From an uncultured Bacilli bacterium (lineage in GTDB: Bacteria; Bacillota_I; Bacilli_A; RF39; UBA660), in contig CANQXW010000003.1 in NCBI GenBank assembly GCA_947627925.1, positions 12 to 64,011 of the forward strand: a stretch of 64,000 bases of DNA. Reading direction: 5' to 3'. Made by a program: the position numbers and the translations under genes. Below are positions 9,988 to 19,746 of this stretch, piece by piece. The stretch's first letter is position 1; each line of letters opens with the position of its first letter. A model generated the notes under the pieces. That model worked only from the letters and a program-made list of their open reading frames with translations. It was not told the origin of the DNA and made no database searches.

Positions 9988-10191
9988 TTATAAATTTAAA
10001 AAGTCTAAAACAAAATTCGAAAGCAAATAAGAAAGAGCGCAACTTAAAGCCATGATTAACATTTTGGCTTCAATAACTTTATTTTTCCGCATAAATTTTT
10101 CAAAATTGATGCCCGATAACATGAAAATACTTAAAAAGAAAAATAAAGCATAGACATAAATTCTATAGTTCATTATATTCTCCATTTTCAT
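9988..10191 (-). CDS. small integral membrane protein (DUF1146/YwzB-like)
   Basis: About 60-67 aa with two hydrophobic segments. Its position next to spoIID/murA matches B. subtilis ywzB. The start is ambiguous. Confidence 0.5.
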   Translation of the reverse strand: MKMENIMNYRIYVYALFFFLSIFMLSGINFEKFMRKNKVIEAKMLIMALSCALSYLLSNFVLDFLNL

Positions 10192-10618
10192 AATCTATGA
10201 TTTTCGTAATTCTTTTTAAATATCTTTCCACATCAGCTGGTTTCGTCGAAATAAAAGTATCCACGATTTCTTTAGCTAAATCTACACCTAAATTAGAACC
10301 AATAGCTAAAACATTACAACCATTATGATTTTTTCCTTTAAAGGCATCATCAACACTAGTAGCTCTTACACATCTAATTCCCTTTACTTTGTTAGCGGCA
10401 ATGCTCATACCCACACCATTACCACAAATAAGGATTCCTAAAGCTCCTTTTTCATTACTAACTAATTTTCCTAATTTAAAAGCAAAATCAGGGTAATCAT
10501 CTAATTCGGTATTTTCAATGCCAATCTCTTTAACCCCAATTCCATTATTGCTTAAATGTTTCATTAATTCTTTTTTTAAATCTATTCCTAAGTGATCACA
10601 AGCTATATATAAAGTCAT
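10163..10618 (-). CDS. rpiB: ribose-5-phosphate isomerase B
   Basis: MTLYIACDHLGIDLK...GILICGNGVGMSIAANKVKGIRC is the RpiB/LacAB signature. The true ATG is at 10618 after GGAG; the longer ORF in the track runs into rpmE. Confidence 0.85.
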   Translation of the reverse strand: MTLYIACDHLGIDLKKELMKHLSNNGIGVKEIGIENTELDDYPDFAFKLGKLVSNEKGALGILICGNGVGMSIAANKVKGIRCVRATSVDDAFKGKNHNGCNVLAIGSNLGVDLAKEIVDTFISTKPADVERYLKRITKIIDYENGEYNEL

Positions 10619-10685
10619 ATTATCATCTCCTAGTCTCATTATATCACATATTTTACACATAAAAAAAGAACAAATCACTTTGCCC

Positions 10686-10895
10686 TTATGCAGCTTTATC
10701 AAAGCCATATTTTTTATTAAATTTTTCAATATTTCCAGTTTTCTTTGCTTTTCCTTGTGCACCAGTATAGAATGGATGACATTCACTACAAACTTCAACG
10801 TGAATTTCATCTTTTACTGATTTAGTTTTAAATGTTGCTCCGCAAGCACATTTAACTGTACAATCTTTCATTTCTGGATGAATATTAGCTTTCAT
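10686..10895 (-). CDS. rpmE: 50S ribosomal protein L31
   Basis: MKANIHPEM...[10 protein letters not shown]...KFNKKYG. Confidence 0.9.
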   Translation of the reverse strand: MKANIHPEMKDCTVKCACGATFKTKSVKDEIHVEVCSECHPFYTGAQGKAKKTGNIEKFNKKYGFDKAA

Positions 10896-10968
10896 TCTTT
10901 TCTCTCCCTTCGCCATACTATTAATTCATAGTATAGAAACTTTCGTTCTTTAGTATTATATCATATTT

Positions 10969-11253
10969 TTAGAATGTTGCAAGGTCATTTTTACTTTCTC
11001 TTGACCTAGTGTTTACTCTTCTACGTACTAAAGATGAACCATTTCCTAAAAAATTGTCTTCTGGAGCTAAAGTTTCTTCTTCAAAAATACTTAATTTAGT
11101 TTCCTCTGGTAAAATTCCTGGTTCAACTCTTGAAGCATTATAAGCAATACCTAGTAAAACTGATACTGCTAAAACATTAGCAACTAATCTTTCTTTAAAA
11201 GTATGCACTCCTTCTTCGGAAAAACTTTCCCTAAATCTTATTTTGTTATTCAT
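10969..11253 (-). CDS. hypothetical single-pass membrane protein
   Basis: ATG at 11253 preceded by AGGTGG, with one TM segment. No family recognised. Confidence 0.45.
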   Translation of the reverse strand: MNNKIRFRESFSEEGVHTFKERLVANVLAVSVLLGIAYNASRVEPGILPEETKLSIFEEETLAPEDNFLGNGSSLVRRRVNTRSRESKNDLATF

Positions 11254-11305
11254 ATAAAAACCACCTGTAAGAAGTATGATAACACAAAAAATTTTAGAAA
11301 ACAAG

Positions 11306-11989
11306 TCATAAAGAGTGAATAATCATCTCCGCAATAGCTTTATGACCTTTATAATTAAAATAGTAAGTATCTTTATTAACAAAGTATTCTCTACTCTTCA
11401 TTAAATCGCTAATATTAATAAAAATAGAATCATATTTAATTGCTACATTAGCAATTTCTGAATTTAAAATAATAACATTACTTTCTTTTAAATATTTATT
11501 GCTATAAAAACCCACGATAACTATTTTGGCTTCACTAATATCTTTGATAAAATATAGTAAATCATCATATTCTTTAATAAATTCATCTAAACTTTCTTTA
11601 GTTAAATCATTGGTAATCGCTGATTTTACTAATTCTTCTTCCCCAATATTTAAAATAATTAAATCCGCTTTATGAATTAGCTGTTGAATAGTTAATTTAT
11701 CTTTATCACTAATAATATTACTTTTTAAATCATTTAATAAACTTTCCATTTTATAATTTTTAGATGCATAAGTTGCATTATAACTATGCAGAAAATGTTT
11801 ATTTTCGTAATATTCTTTTAAATAATCACTATAACTAATGCCATCAATATTATAAGCCGTTTCCCCACTAGCTATACCATCACCAATAACAACAACATTA
11901 ATTTTATTTTGATGATTAACAAAATAAATAAAATAGGCTAAAACAATGCTGATAAATATAATTAAAAATATTTTATATTTTCTTCTCAC
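11306..11989 (-). CDS. SGNH/GDSL-like hydrolase, membrane anchored
   Basis: Signal anchor followed by VVVIGDGIASGE (GDS-like block I). The likely start is GTG at 11989; the ORF track starts at TTG 12040, overlapping murA. Confidence 0.5.
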   Translation of the reverse strand: MRRKYKIFLIIFISIVLAYFIYFVNHQNKINVVVIGDGIASGETAYNIDGISYSDYLKEYYENKHFLHSYNATYASKNYKMESLLNDLKSNIISDKDKLTIQQLIHKADLIILNIGEEELVKSAITNDLTKESLDEFIKEYDDLLYFIKDISEAKIVIVGFYSNKYLKESNVIILNSEIANVAIKYDSIFINISDLMKSREYFVNKDTYYFNYKGHKAIAEMIIHSL

Positions 11990-12026
11990 CCAAACACCCC
12001 AAAATAAAAATGTAGATTTCTCTACA

Positions 12027-13280
12027 TTATATTTTTTCAATACTTATTTTAGCACCAACATTGCTTAACTTATGAATAATATTTTCATAGCCTCTTAAAA
12101 TATAATCAATATCATAAATGGTTGTTATTCCTTTGGCAACAAGTCCTGCCAAAATAAGGGCAGCGCCTCCTCTTAAGTCGGTTGCATTAATATCAGTTCC
12201 TTTTAAAATACTTTTCCCTTTAATGGTGGCTTTTAAACCATCGAGTTCAATATTAGCGCCCATCTTTTGTAAATAAGGATAATGCCCAATCCGGTTTTCC
12301 CAAATAGTTTCTTCCATATGACTTACACCTTCCGCTTGGGTAAGTAAGACACTCATGGGTTGCCCTAAATCTGTTGGAAATCCAGGATAAACTAAAGTAG
12401 TAACATCAACCGGTTTTAAATTAGAACATTTATTAACCACAATCGAATGATCTTTTATTTCGTAAGAAACACCCATTTCCTTTAATTTATCTAATAAAGC
12501 TTTGTTATGTTCAGGGATAATTCCTTCTACACAAAGGTTATCGCCCAGTAAAGCACCCATTAAAATATAGGTACCCGCTTCAATTCGATCGGGAATAACG
12601 TCTATTTCAGTACCATTTAATTTTTCAACGCCTTCAATTGTAATAGTTCCGGTACCAGCGCCACTTATTTTGGCTCCCATTTTATTTAGAAAATCCATAA
12701 TATTTATTATTTCAACTTCTTTAGCGGCATTTTTAATAACCGTTGTTCCTTCAGCTAAAACAGCGGCAAACATAATGTTAATCGTCGCCCCCACAGAAGC
12801 AAAATCTAAATCAATTTCTGCTCCTTTTAATTTATCAGCATTTAAAATATATTTATGACCTCTTTTAGTAACTTTAGCTCCTAAGGCTTTAAAACCTTTT
12901 AAATGTAAATCAATAGGTCTTGATCCTATATTACAACCACCTGGAAAATATATTTCAACATGTTTATATTTGCCTAACAAAACACCCATAAAATAATAAG
13001 ATGCCCGTAATTTCACACTTAATTCTTGACTAATTAAAACATTTTCTAAATTAGTTGCATCTATTTTAATCGTACTACCATTTTGTTCAATATCACAATT
13101 AAGAAGTTTAACAATATCAAAAAGAGCATCCCTATCCGTAATGTTAGGAACATTTTTAATCGTGCTTATCCCATCAGCAAGTAAAGCTGCCGGAATTAAT
13201 GCCACTGCACTATTTTTAGCGCCTCCAATTGTAATTGTACCTTTTAAAGGATGTCCACCCTCAATAACAATTCTTTCCAT
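12027..13280 (-). CDS. murA: UDP-N-acetylglucosamine 1-carboxyvinyltransferase
   Basis: MERIVIEGGHPLKGTITIGGAKNSAVALIPAALL... is a full-length MurA/EPSP-fold match. Start at 13280. Confidence 0.9.
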   Translation of the reverse strand: MERIVIEGGHPLKGTITIGGAKNSAVALIPAALLADGISTIKNVPNITDRDALFDIVKLLNCDIEQNGSTIKIDATNLENVLISQELSVKLRASYYFMGVLLGKYKHVEIYFPGGCNIGSRPIDLHLKGFKALGAKVTKRGHKYILNADKLKGAEIDLDFASVGATINIMFAAVLAEGTTVIKNAAKEVEIINIMDFLNKMGAKISGAGTGTITIEGVEKLNGTEIDVIPDRIEAGTYILMGALLGDNLCVEGIIPEHNKALLDKLKEMGVSYEIKDHSIVVNKCSNLKPVDVTTLVYPGFPTDLGQPMSVLLTQAEGVSHMEETIWENRIGHYPYLQKMGANIELDGLKATIKGKSILKGTDINATDLRGGAALILAGLVAKGITTIYDIDYILRGYENIIHKLSNVGAKISIEKI

Positions 13281-13436
13281 TAACATACCTTCTTTAAATA
13301 TACACAAAGGTATTTCATAAGAAATTCACCTTTACTATTATTTATGTTAACAACTTAGTTTTTGTGCCTAGAAAAAACATTGTGTATATAAATTCGCTTA
13401 TTTATAAATTCCGATTATATCGGCTTTCTTGTACTT

Positions 13437-13465
13437 ATCATACTTTTTTTAAAGTCTTTTGTCAA
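13437..13465 (-). promoter_or_regulatory. sigma-A-type promoter upstream of murA
   Basis: Minus strand TTGACA (13460-13465), 17 nt, TATGAT (13437-13442). Confidence 0.5.
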
Positions 13466-13491
13466 CCTAAATAAAGCAAGTATTCTGTGGA

Positions 13492-13665
13492 TTAGACGTT
13501 ATTTTGAAATGTTAATTTTAAATATTCATAAATAGAAATAGTTCTGGGACTTAAAACATCATTACTTAAAAGAGTATTAATCATTAAATAAATTAAAAAG
13601 ACTTCAATTAAGAATAAAATGATATTAATAATGATAAAACTCCTTTTTGTTAAATATTTATGCAT
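13492..13665 (-). CDS. possible small membrane protein (57 aa, below the ORF-track cutoff)
   Basis: AGGAAGGTG SD, 4-nt spacer, then ATG. Translation MHKYLTKRSFIIINIILFLIEVFLIYLMINTLLSND... has one hydrophobic helix. Confidence 0.35.
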   Translation of the reverse strand: MHKYLTKRSFIIINIILFLIEVFLIYLMINTLLSNDVLSPRTISIYEYLKLTFQNNV

Positions 13666-13707
13666 AAAACACCTTCCTAAATCTATAGTGAAGATATTTA
13701 TATTTTT

Positions 13708-14244
13708 TTATGCAAAAAGATGAAAAATTCCTAAAACAAAAAGTAAAATGATTCCCAAAATATTGCCATATATACCGAGTATTCCGGAAGAATATTTGCC
13801 AATTAATAAACCCATAAAAGTAAACGAAAAGGCACAAACGCTAAAGATAACTCCCGACATCACAATATTACTGGAAATAGCACTTAAACCAAGACCCGTG
13901 GAAAAACTATCTAAAGAAACTGAAATAGCAATTAAAAACATATTAATAATACTTAAATCAAAATGTTTCTCTTCTTTATTAAATAAACTAATAAGCATCT
14001 CTATACCAATTAAAATTAGAATTACGCCTAAAAGAAAATTAACATTAACATTTAAAAAATTAACAATTTTTTCGCCTAAAATAAAACCAAATAAAGGCAT
14101 AAAGAAATGGAGAACGCCTACTAGTAAACTAAAAAGTAAAATTTTTCTTTTGGAAATATTAAAAGAACCAATGGATAAACTAATTGAAAATGTGTCCATA
14201 GATAAAGAAATACCTATTAAAAATAAAGATAAGACTATTGACAC
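13708..14244 (-). CDS. mntP: manganese efflux pump MntP
   Basis: 178 aa with six TM segments and the duplicated DUF204 motif (LSMDTFSISLSIG / VSLDSFSTGLGL). Confidence 0.8.
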   Translation of the reverse strand: MSIVLSLFLIGISLSMDTFSISLSIGSFNISKRKILLFSLLVGVLHFFMPLFGFILGEKIVNFLNVNVNFLLGVILILIGIEMLISLFNKEEKHFDLSIINMFLIAISVSLDSFSTGLGLSAISSNIVMSGVIFSVCAFSFTFMGLLIGKYSSGILGIYGNILGIILLFVLGIFHLFA

Positions 14245-14272
14245 ATTATCACCCTAATTAAATATATTTTAA

Positions 14273-14776
14273 TTATTTAAATTTATTAATTAATTTACTA
14301 GCATAAAATTCATATTCGGCATTTTCTAAATTATTATTTTCATCAAGTAAACATAAAGGAGGAAATAAAACACACCACCAATTATGACCTAAGCCATTTC
14401 CTAAAGTAATAACTAAACTTTCGTAATTGCCTTCTTCATATTTAATCCCTTTATAAATTTTATCCGGAAAGTAATTATTCCCAAAACTAATATCATAATT
14501 AACATTATATTTTTGAACAATATTATCTACTTTATCTAAATTATCATTAATAATACTTCTTGCTTCTTCAATATTAGAAGCAACACTTACTAGTTTAAAA
14601 AGTTCTGTCTCAACATCTTTTTTAATTTCTTTTTTTAAATCTTGATCTTCTTCACTATCACTACTGGCAATAATTCTAAACCTTATTGCATTATCAGGAA
14701 TTAAAATATGTTCTTTCTCATTAATTCCGACACTTATCACTACTAATATAAATAATCCAATTATAATCTTTTTCAT
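14273..14776 (-). CDS. spoIIR: stage II sporulation protein R
   Basis: IRFRIIASSDSEEDQDLKKEIKKDV and NWWCVLFPPLCL are SpoIIR hallmarks. Confidence 0.8.
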   Translation of the reverse strand: MKKIIIGLFILVVISVGINEKEHILIPDNAIRFRIIASSDSEEDQDLKKEIKKDVETELFKLVSVASNIEEARSIINDNLDKVDNIVQKYNVNYDISFGNNYFPDKIYKGIKYEEGNYESLVITLGNGLGHNWWCVLFPPLCLLDENNNLENAEYEFYASKLINKFK

Positions 14777-14882
14777 AATTCACCTAAATAATAATGAGAA
14801 TATTTGGCAAATTTAATTCAAAAAACACCCAAATTAATGATATAATAATAAATATAAAGAAATAACTTTATTGGGAGGAATT

Positions 14883-15623
14883 ATGGAAATAAGTAAAATT
14901 AAAAAAGCATTACTTGAACAAAAAAGAATTAATTTATCTGGCAATCTATACCATAAAACTCAGTTAGATTTTGCCTATAATACTAATCATATTGAAGGAT
15001 CAACTATAACTCCAGATGAAACAGCCAGTATTTATGATACGGGAACTATTTTAACTAGTAGTGATAAAGTCATTGTATTAAAAGACGCTACGGAAACTAA
15101 AAATCATTTTACTTTATTTAAATACATGTTAGATACTATTGATGACGAACTTACCGAAGAAATGATTAAAAAGTTTCATTTTATTTTAAAAGATGGGACA
15201 TTAACTGATAGTGAAAAAGAATGGTTTAATGTTGGTGAATACAAAAAGAAAAAGAATTTTGTTGGCAATATAACTACTTCTCTTCCTAGTGATGTGGCTA
15301 AATATATGAAAAATCTCCTTAATTGGTATAATGCTATTTCTAAAAAAACTCTTGAAGATATTATAGAATTTCATGTTAGATTTGAAAAAATACATCCTTT
15401 CCAAGATGGCAATGGCCGAGTTGGTAGAATGATTATATTTAGAGAATGTTTATATAACGATATTATGCCTTTTTATATTGAAGATAGAAACAAAGACTTC
15501 TATTTAAGAGGTATAAGAGAATACCAAAATAATAATGAAAAAGCCTATTTAATTGATACTTGTTTAAATAGTCAAGATAATTATGAAAAATTAGTTAATT
15601 ACTTTTTAGAAGATGATAAATAG
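14883..15623 (+). CDS. Fic-family protein (probable AMPylase) with N-terminal inhibitory motif
   Basis: Canonical Fic motif HPFQDGNGRVGR. The upstream TNHIEG fits the (S/T)xxxE(G/N) alpha-inh motif (class II arrangement). ATG at 14883 follows GGGAGGA. Confidence 0.85.
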   Translation: MEISKIKKALLEQKRINLSGNLYHKTQLDFAYNTNHIEGSTITPDETASIYDTGTILTSSDKVIVLKDATETKNHFTLFKYMLDTIDDELTEEMIKKFHFILKDGTLTDSEKEWFNVGEYKKKKNFVGNITTSLPSDVAKYMKNLLNWYNAISKKTLEDIIEFHVRFEKIHPFQDGNGRVGRMIIFRECLYNDIMPFYIEDRNKDFYLRGIREYQNNNEKAYLIDTCLNSQDNYEKLVNYFLEDDK

Positions 15624-15650
15624 ACAAAATAAAAAAGTCCGAAGACTCTT

Positions 15651-15893
15651 TTAATAATTTTTCTTTGAATATTTTTTTGAATTTTTATACTTTGCATTTT
15701 TTTCTAAATTATTGAAAAAATCCAGTACATCGGAAAAATCATCTTGATCAATACAAAAGCTAAAATTTTTAACATTTTCTCTTTGATAAATATCAGTAGC
15801 TCCTTCATAAGAAGGAGTTTTTTGATGATTTAAATGTCCTTCAATAATATTACAAATTTCTTGAAAACATTCATGTTCACTTTTTTTACTCAT
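15651..15893 (-). CDS. hypothetical small protein (80 aa)
   Basis: Strong SD CAGGAGGTG before the ATG at 15893. The longer track ORF (to 16022) overlaps the prmC 3' end and is unlikely. Confidence 0.45.
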   Translation of the reverse strand: MSKKSEHECFQEICNIIEGHLNHQKTPSYEGATDIYQRENVKNFSFCIDQDDFSDVLDFFNNLEKNAKYKNSKKYSKKNY

Positions 15894-15984
15894 TACCAAA
15901 CACCTCCTGACAAAGGGCATTATAACATAGAGATATAAGGGAATTTTGTCAGTTTTTGTCGGAAAGTTTAATTTTTTCTTAAAA

Positions 15985-16704
15985 TTAGAGATTTTTATTA
16001 GAAATAAAGACATATCTTTCATAATTATTATAGTCTTTTTCTAATTTAAAATAAGCATTTGGCAAGTATTTATTTACTAATTTTTTTATTTTGTCTCCTT
16101 CTTTATCCCCAATTTCTAAAGCAATTAAATAACTATTTTTTAAATTATGAGACACTTTTTCTAAAATTACTTTATAAAAATATAGACCATTATCAGGAGC
16201 ATAAATAGCCTCTTTTGGCTCATATTTAATTTTCTCATCAACCAAAGAATTATAAGGAACATAAGGGGGATTACTAATAATTAAATCATATTTAGCCTCA
16301 TCTTCATATTTTTCTATGGAGGAGGCTAAAAAATTAATTTGAACATTATTTAAAGAAGCATTTTCTTTAGCTACCTTTAAAGCCTTACTACTAATATCAA
16401 TGGCCTTAATGGAGCATTCAATATTTTTCTTTAAAGCAATACTGATACACCCACTACCGGTACCAATTTCCAAAATCAAAGGATTATTAATATTTAATTT
16501 TTTTAAATAATTTAAAGTCTTTTCTACTAAATACTCCGTTTCAAAACGGGGAATTAATACATCTTCATTAACTTTTAGATTGCAGCCAAAAAAATCGACA
16601 TTGCCGATTATATATTGGACAGGATAGCCTTCATGCAATTTTGCCAAAGATGCCTCCTGCATTTCTTTAGGAACATATTTTATAATTAACTCTTCATCTG
16701 TCAT
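15985..16704 (-). CDS. prmC: release-factor glutamine N5-methyltransferase
   Basis: SAM motif LEIGTGSGCI and the NPPY catalytic motif (ISNPPYVP). Coupled to prfA by an overlapping stop/start. Confidence 0.9.
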   Translation of the reverse strand: MTDEELIIKYVPKEMQEASLAKLHEGYPVQYIIGNVDFFGCNLKVNEDVLIPRFETEYLVEKTLNYLKKLNINNPLILEIGTGSGCISIALKKNIECSIKAIDISSKALKVAKENASLNNVQINFLASSIEKYEDEAKYDLIISNPPYVPYNSLVDEKIKYEPKEAIYAPDNGLYFYKVILEKVSHNLKNSYLIALEIGDKEGDKIKKLVNKYLPNAYFKLEKDYNNYERYVFISNKNL

Positions 16705-17768
16705 TATAATTCTTGTTCACCAGCTAATTTTAGCCGTAAGTCCTCCGTAATTAAGGCTTCAATTATTGGTTCTAAATGACCATCCATAACTCGATCAAGT
16801 TCCATTACGGAAAAATTAATCCGGTGATCCGTTACTCTATTTTGCGGATAGTTATAAGTCCTTATTTTCTCAGAACGATCTCCTGTCCCAATTTTTGTTT
16901 TTCTCTCCGCTCCAACTTCTTGGGCTTGTTTTTGCATCATATCATCATGCAATTTGATTTTTAATAACTTCATGGCATTTTCTTTATTTTTAAGTTGGCT
17001 TCTTTCAGTTTGGCAACCTACAACTACTCCCGTTGGAATATGCGTAATTCTAACTGCTGAATTTGAAGTATTTACAGATTGACCACCAGCGCCACTTGAA
17101 TGGAAAACGTCAATTTTTAAATCACTTTCTTTAATTTCAATATCGACATCTTCAACTTCTGGCATAACTAATACAGTTGCGGTTGATGTATGAACTCGTC
17201 CTTGCGTTTCTGTTACTGGTACTCTTTGAACCCGGTGAGAACCACTTTCATATTTTAATTTCGAATAAACATTACTTCCTTTAATCATACATTCTATTTG
17301 GGCAAATCCTCCACTAGCACCTTCAATAGAGTTTAAAACTTCTATTTTCCAGCCATTTGCTTCGGCATAATAAGAATACATTCTAAATAAATCACCCGCA
17401 AAGATATTAGCCTCATCGCCCCCGGCAGCTCCTCTTATTTCCATAATAACATTTTTGCCATCATTCTCATCTTTCGGAACTAATAATATTTCTAATTCTT
17501 TTTTTAAGTCTTCTATTTTCTTCGTTTGCATTTCAATTTCGCTTTCGGCAATTTCATGCATTTCTGGATCATTAACTAAACTTTTGGCTTCTTCTAAAGC
17601 ACTTGAAGCATTTTTATATTCTTCATATTTTAAAACAATTTCTTCTAAATCACTTTGTTCTTTAGATAAATCTTTCAATTTATTATAATCAGCTAAAACT
17701 TCGGGACGCGTTAATTCTTCCTTAAGTTCGTTATACTTTGCTACAATATTATCTAATCTTTCAAACAT
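16704..17768 (-). CDS. prfA: peptide chain release factor 1
   Basis: GGQ motif (SSGAGGQSVNT) and the PVT tripeptide (RVPVTETQGR) typical of RF1. Confidence 0.95.
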   Translation of the reverse strand: MFERLDNIVAKYNELKEELTRPEVLADYNKLKDLSKEQSDLEEIVLKYEEYKNASSALEEAKSLVNDPEMHEIAESEIEMQTKKIEDLKKELEILLVPKDENDGKNVIMEIRGAAGGDEANIFAGDLFRMYSYYAEANGWKIEVLNSIEGASGGFAQIECMIKGSNVYSKLKYESGSHRVQRVPVTETQGRVHTSTATVLVMPEVEDVDIEIKESDLKIDVFHSSGAGGQSVNTSNSAVRITHIPTGVVVGCQTERSQLKNKENAMKLLKIKLHDDMMQKQAQEVGAERKTKIGTGDRSEKIRTYNYPQNRVTDHRINFSVMELDRVMDGHLEPIIEALITEDLRLKLAGEQEL

Positions 17769-17874
17769 AATATCACCTTTTCACTTAAAAATTATATCAT
17801 TTAAAACATTTATCTTCAACTTTAATGGCATGCTAAAACACTAAAATCAGTTTAAGCGTTTAATAAACTATCCA

Positions 17875-18735
17875 CTATTCATTAGGAATAATATGAATAT
17901 TACAATGCTTAACTTCTTTAAATTTTTCTTCTACTACATCATGAATATGCATAACAATTTTGTCAGCTTCTTTTAAAGACATATTGCCATCAGTAGCCAC
18001 AAGAGCATCAATATAAATTTTGTTACCAAAAATTCGCGTTTTAAAATCTTTAATCACAATATTTTCATTCGCCTCTTCAATAATTTTTAAAATAGCTTTA
18101 TTTGTTTTTTCATCACAAGCGGTATCAATCATTTGACTAATAGCTTCCTTAAAAATTTGAATGGCGGAAATTACAATTAATACGCATATTAAAAGACTAC
18201 AAATAGGATCTAAAATAGGATGTCCAAAACGAGAAAAGAAAATACCAATAAATGCTCCGATTGATGATAAAGCATCGCTTCGATGATGCCAAGCATCGGC
18301 TTTTAAAGAAGTTGATTTTAATTTTTTAGCATAATATATAGTATAATGAAACATTCCTTCTTTAACTAAAACGGAAACTAAAGCCGCCATTAAAGAAAGA
18401 AGTGTCGGAACTTGTAAATTTTGATAATTAATTATGTTAATAATCCCCAAGTATCCTATTCCAAGACCAGTTAATAATAAACAAAATGAAAGAATAATTC
18501 CACAAGCAGATTCAATTCTCTCATGACCATAAGGATGTTTTTGATCGGCATTTTTGCTCGCCATAGCAAGGCCAAAAATCACTAAAAAAGTTGTTAAAAC
18601 ATCGCTTAGGGAATGCACGGCATCACTAATCATCGCTTGAGAATGACCTAATATACCCGCACCTAACTTAAATATAAATAAAATAATATTGATTATAATC
18701 GTTATAATCGAAATTTTTATACCCACATTTTTCAC
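17875..18735 (-). CDS. cation diffusion facilitator family transporter
   Basis: CDF signature HSQAMISDAVHSLSD, six TM segments and a C-terminal cytoplasmic domain. The likely GTG start at 18735 follows AGGTGA. Confidence 0.85.
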   Translation of the reverse strand: MKNVGIKISIITIIINIILFIFKLGAGILGHSQAMISDAVHSLSDVLTTFLVIFGLAMASKNADQKHPYGHERIESACGIILSFCLLLTGLGIGYLGIINIINYQNLQVPTLLSLMAALVSVLVKEGMFHYTIYYAKKLKSTSLKADAWHHRSDALSSIGAFIGIFFSRFGHPILDPICSLLICVLIVISAIQIFKEAISQMIDTACDEKTNKAILKIIEEANENIVIKDFKTRIFGNKIYIDALVATDGNMSLKEADKIVMHIHDVVEEKFKEVKHCNIHIIPNE

Positions 18736-18814
18736 AAAAATCACCTACAAAAAAGTGAAACTAAACGTCTCACAATTAATTCTTTAATAATATATGTCTT
18801 GTATTTAAAAAAGG

Positions 18815-19258
18815 TTACTCGTTAATATTTTCTTCGTCATCGATAATGACTAAATCTTTTAAATCATCATCGTCATCATCAGAATCATCTAAATCATTAT
18901 CATAGAAAATGTCATCATCGTCATCAGTTTCTTCTTCAACAATATCATCGTCATTTTCTTCAAGTTCTAGACTATCAGCATCTTCCTCATCTTCCACCAC
19001 AATATCTTGAACATGATTAGTAGATAAATCCCAATATCCATTAGGAAGTAAAATAAATTTTTTATTAATTGATAATAATTCAAAAAAATCTGTAATCCGT
19101 TCTTCAACTGTACTTTCTGGTAATTCTAAAACTTGACATACTTTTTTAAATAAATCTAATAATTTCATTTTTTTACCATTTTTTTCCAAAACAAGATAAG
19201 CTATTTCATCATAACTCATGGTTTCTAATTCTTCTTTTGGTATATCTTTTAAATTCAT
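18815..19258 (-). CDS. rpoE: DNA-directed RNA polymerase delta subunit
   Basis: HARE-HTH N-domain (MSYDEIAYLVLEKNGKKMKLLDLF...YWDL) followed by a long Asp/Glu tail. ATG at 19258 follows GAGGAGAG. Confidence 0.8.
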   Translation of the reverse strand: MNLKDIPKEELETMSYDEIAYLVLEKNGKKMKLLDLFKKVCQVLELPESTVEERITDFFELLSINKKFILLPNGYWDLSTNHVQDIVVEDEEDADSLELEENDDDIVEEETDDDDDIFYDNDLDDSDDDDDDLKDLVIIDDEENINE

Positions 19259-19310
19259 TTTTCTCTCCTCTATTCTACTCATTATAATATGCAATAACTA
19301 GTAATTATTA

Positions 19311-19649
19311 CTATAACAATTGTATTATAATTTTCTTTTCTTCTTCATCTAGTTTATATTTTAAAGTGATATCTTTAGCTACTTCAATACTAGAGCCTAT
19401 TAATTTACTTTCCATTTTATAGTTTTTTTCTTTTAATAAATAACTAAAAGTTTTCTTTTTAAAATCAATAACTAGTAAAAAATCTTTATTTTCTCTTTGA
19501 TAAGTTAAATTTCTTAAATCTACAACATTAGAAGCATTACCATCATTATATTTAACATAATGCCCTAATTTATACTCACACATGACATTTTCATTATTAA
19601 CGATTATCTCATCATTGTTAAATAAACGCCAGTTTATTAACTTTTTGAT
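19311..19649 (-). CDS. hypothetical protein; possible AUC start
   Basis: The track ORF (ATG 19583) has no SD. The same frame is open for 22 more codons up to an ATC placed 5 nt after a strong GAGGTG, directly after an in-frame TAA. Confidence 0.4.
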   Translation of the reverse strand: MKKLINWRLFNNDEIIVNNENVMCEYKLGHYVKYNDGNASNVVDLRNLTYQRENKDFLLVIDFKKKTFSYLLKEKNYKMESKLIGSSIEVAKDITLKYKLDEEEKKIIIQLL

Positions 19650-19746
19650 ATAATCACCTCTTTTGTCTTAAAAACTATAACATAACATATATATAATTTC
19701 AACATAATTTTTTATATTTTTTACATAATAATTCTAGGTGATTAAA

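Noticed and set aside
10163-10810. 215-aa version of the rpiB ORF extending into rpmE
   Set aside because: The RpiB homology begins at the internal MTLYIACDH, which has its own SD. The 64-codon extension overlaps the L31 gene in another frame.
13748-14257. 169-aa plus-strand ORF overlapping mntP
   Set aside because: It is a Lys/Ile/Pro-rich antisense shadow of a hydrophobic membrane gene. The minus-strand product has the duplicated MntP motif.
15651-16022. 123-aa ORF overlapping the prmC 3' end
   Set aside because: A strong SD precedes the internal ATG at 15893, so the upstream part is probably non-coding read-through of the frame.
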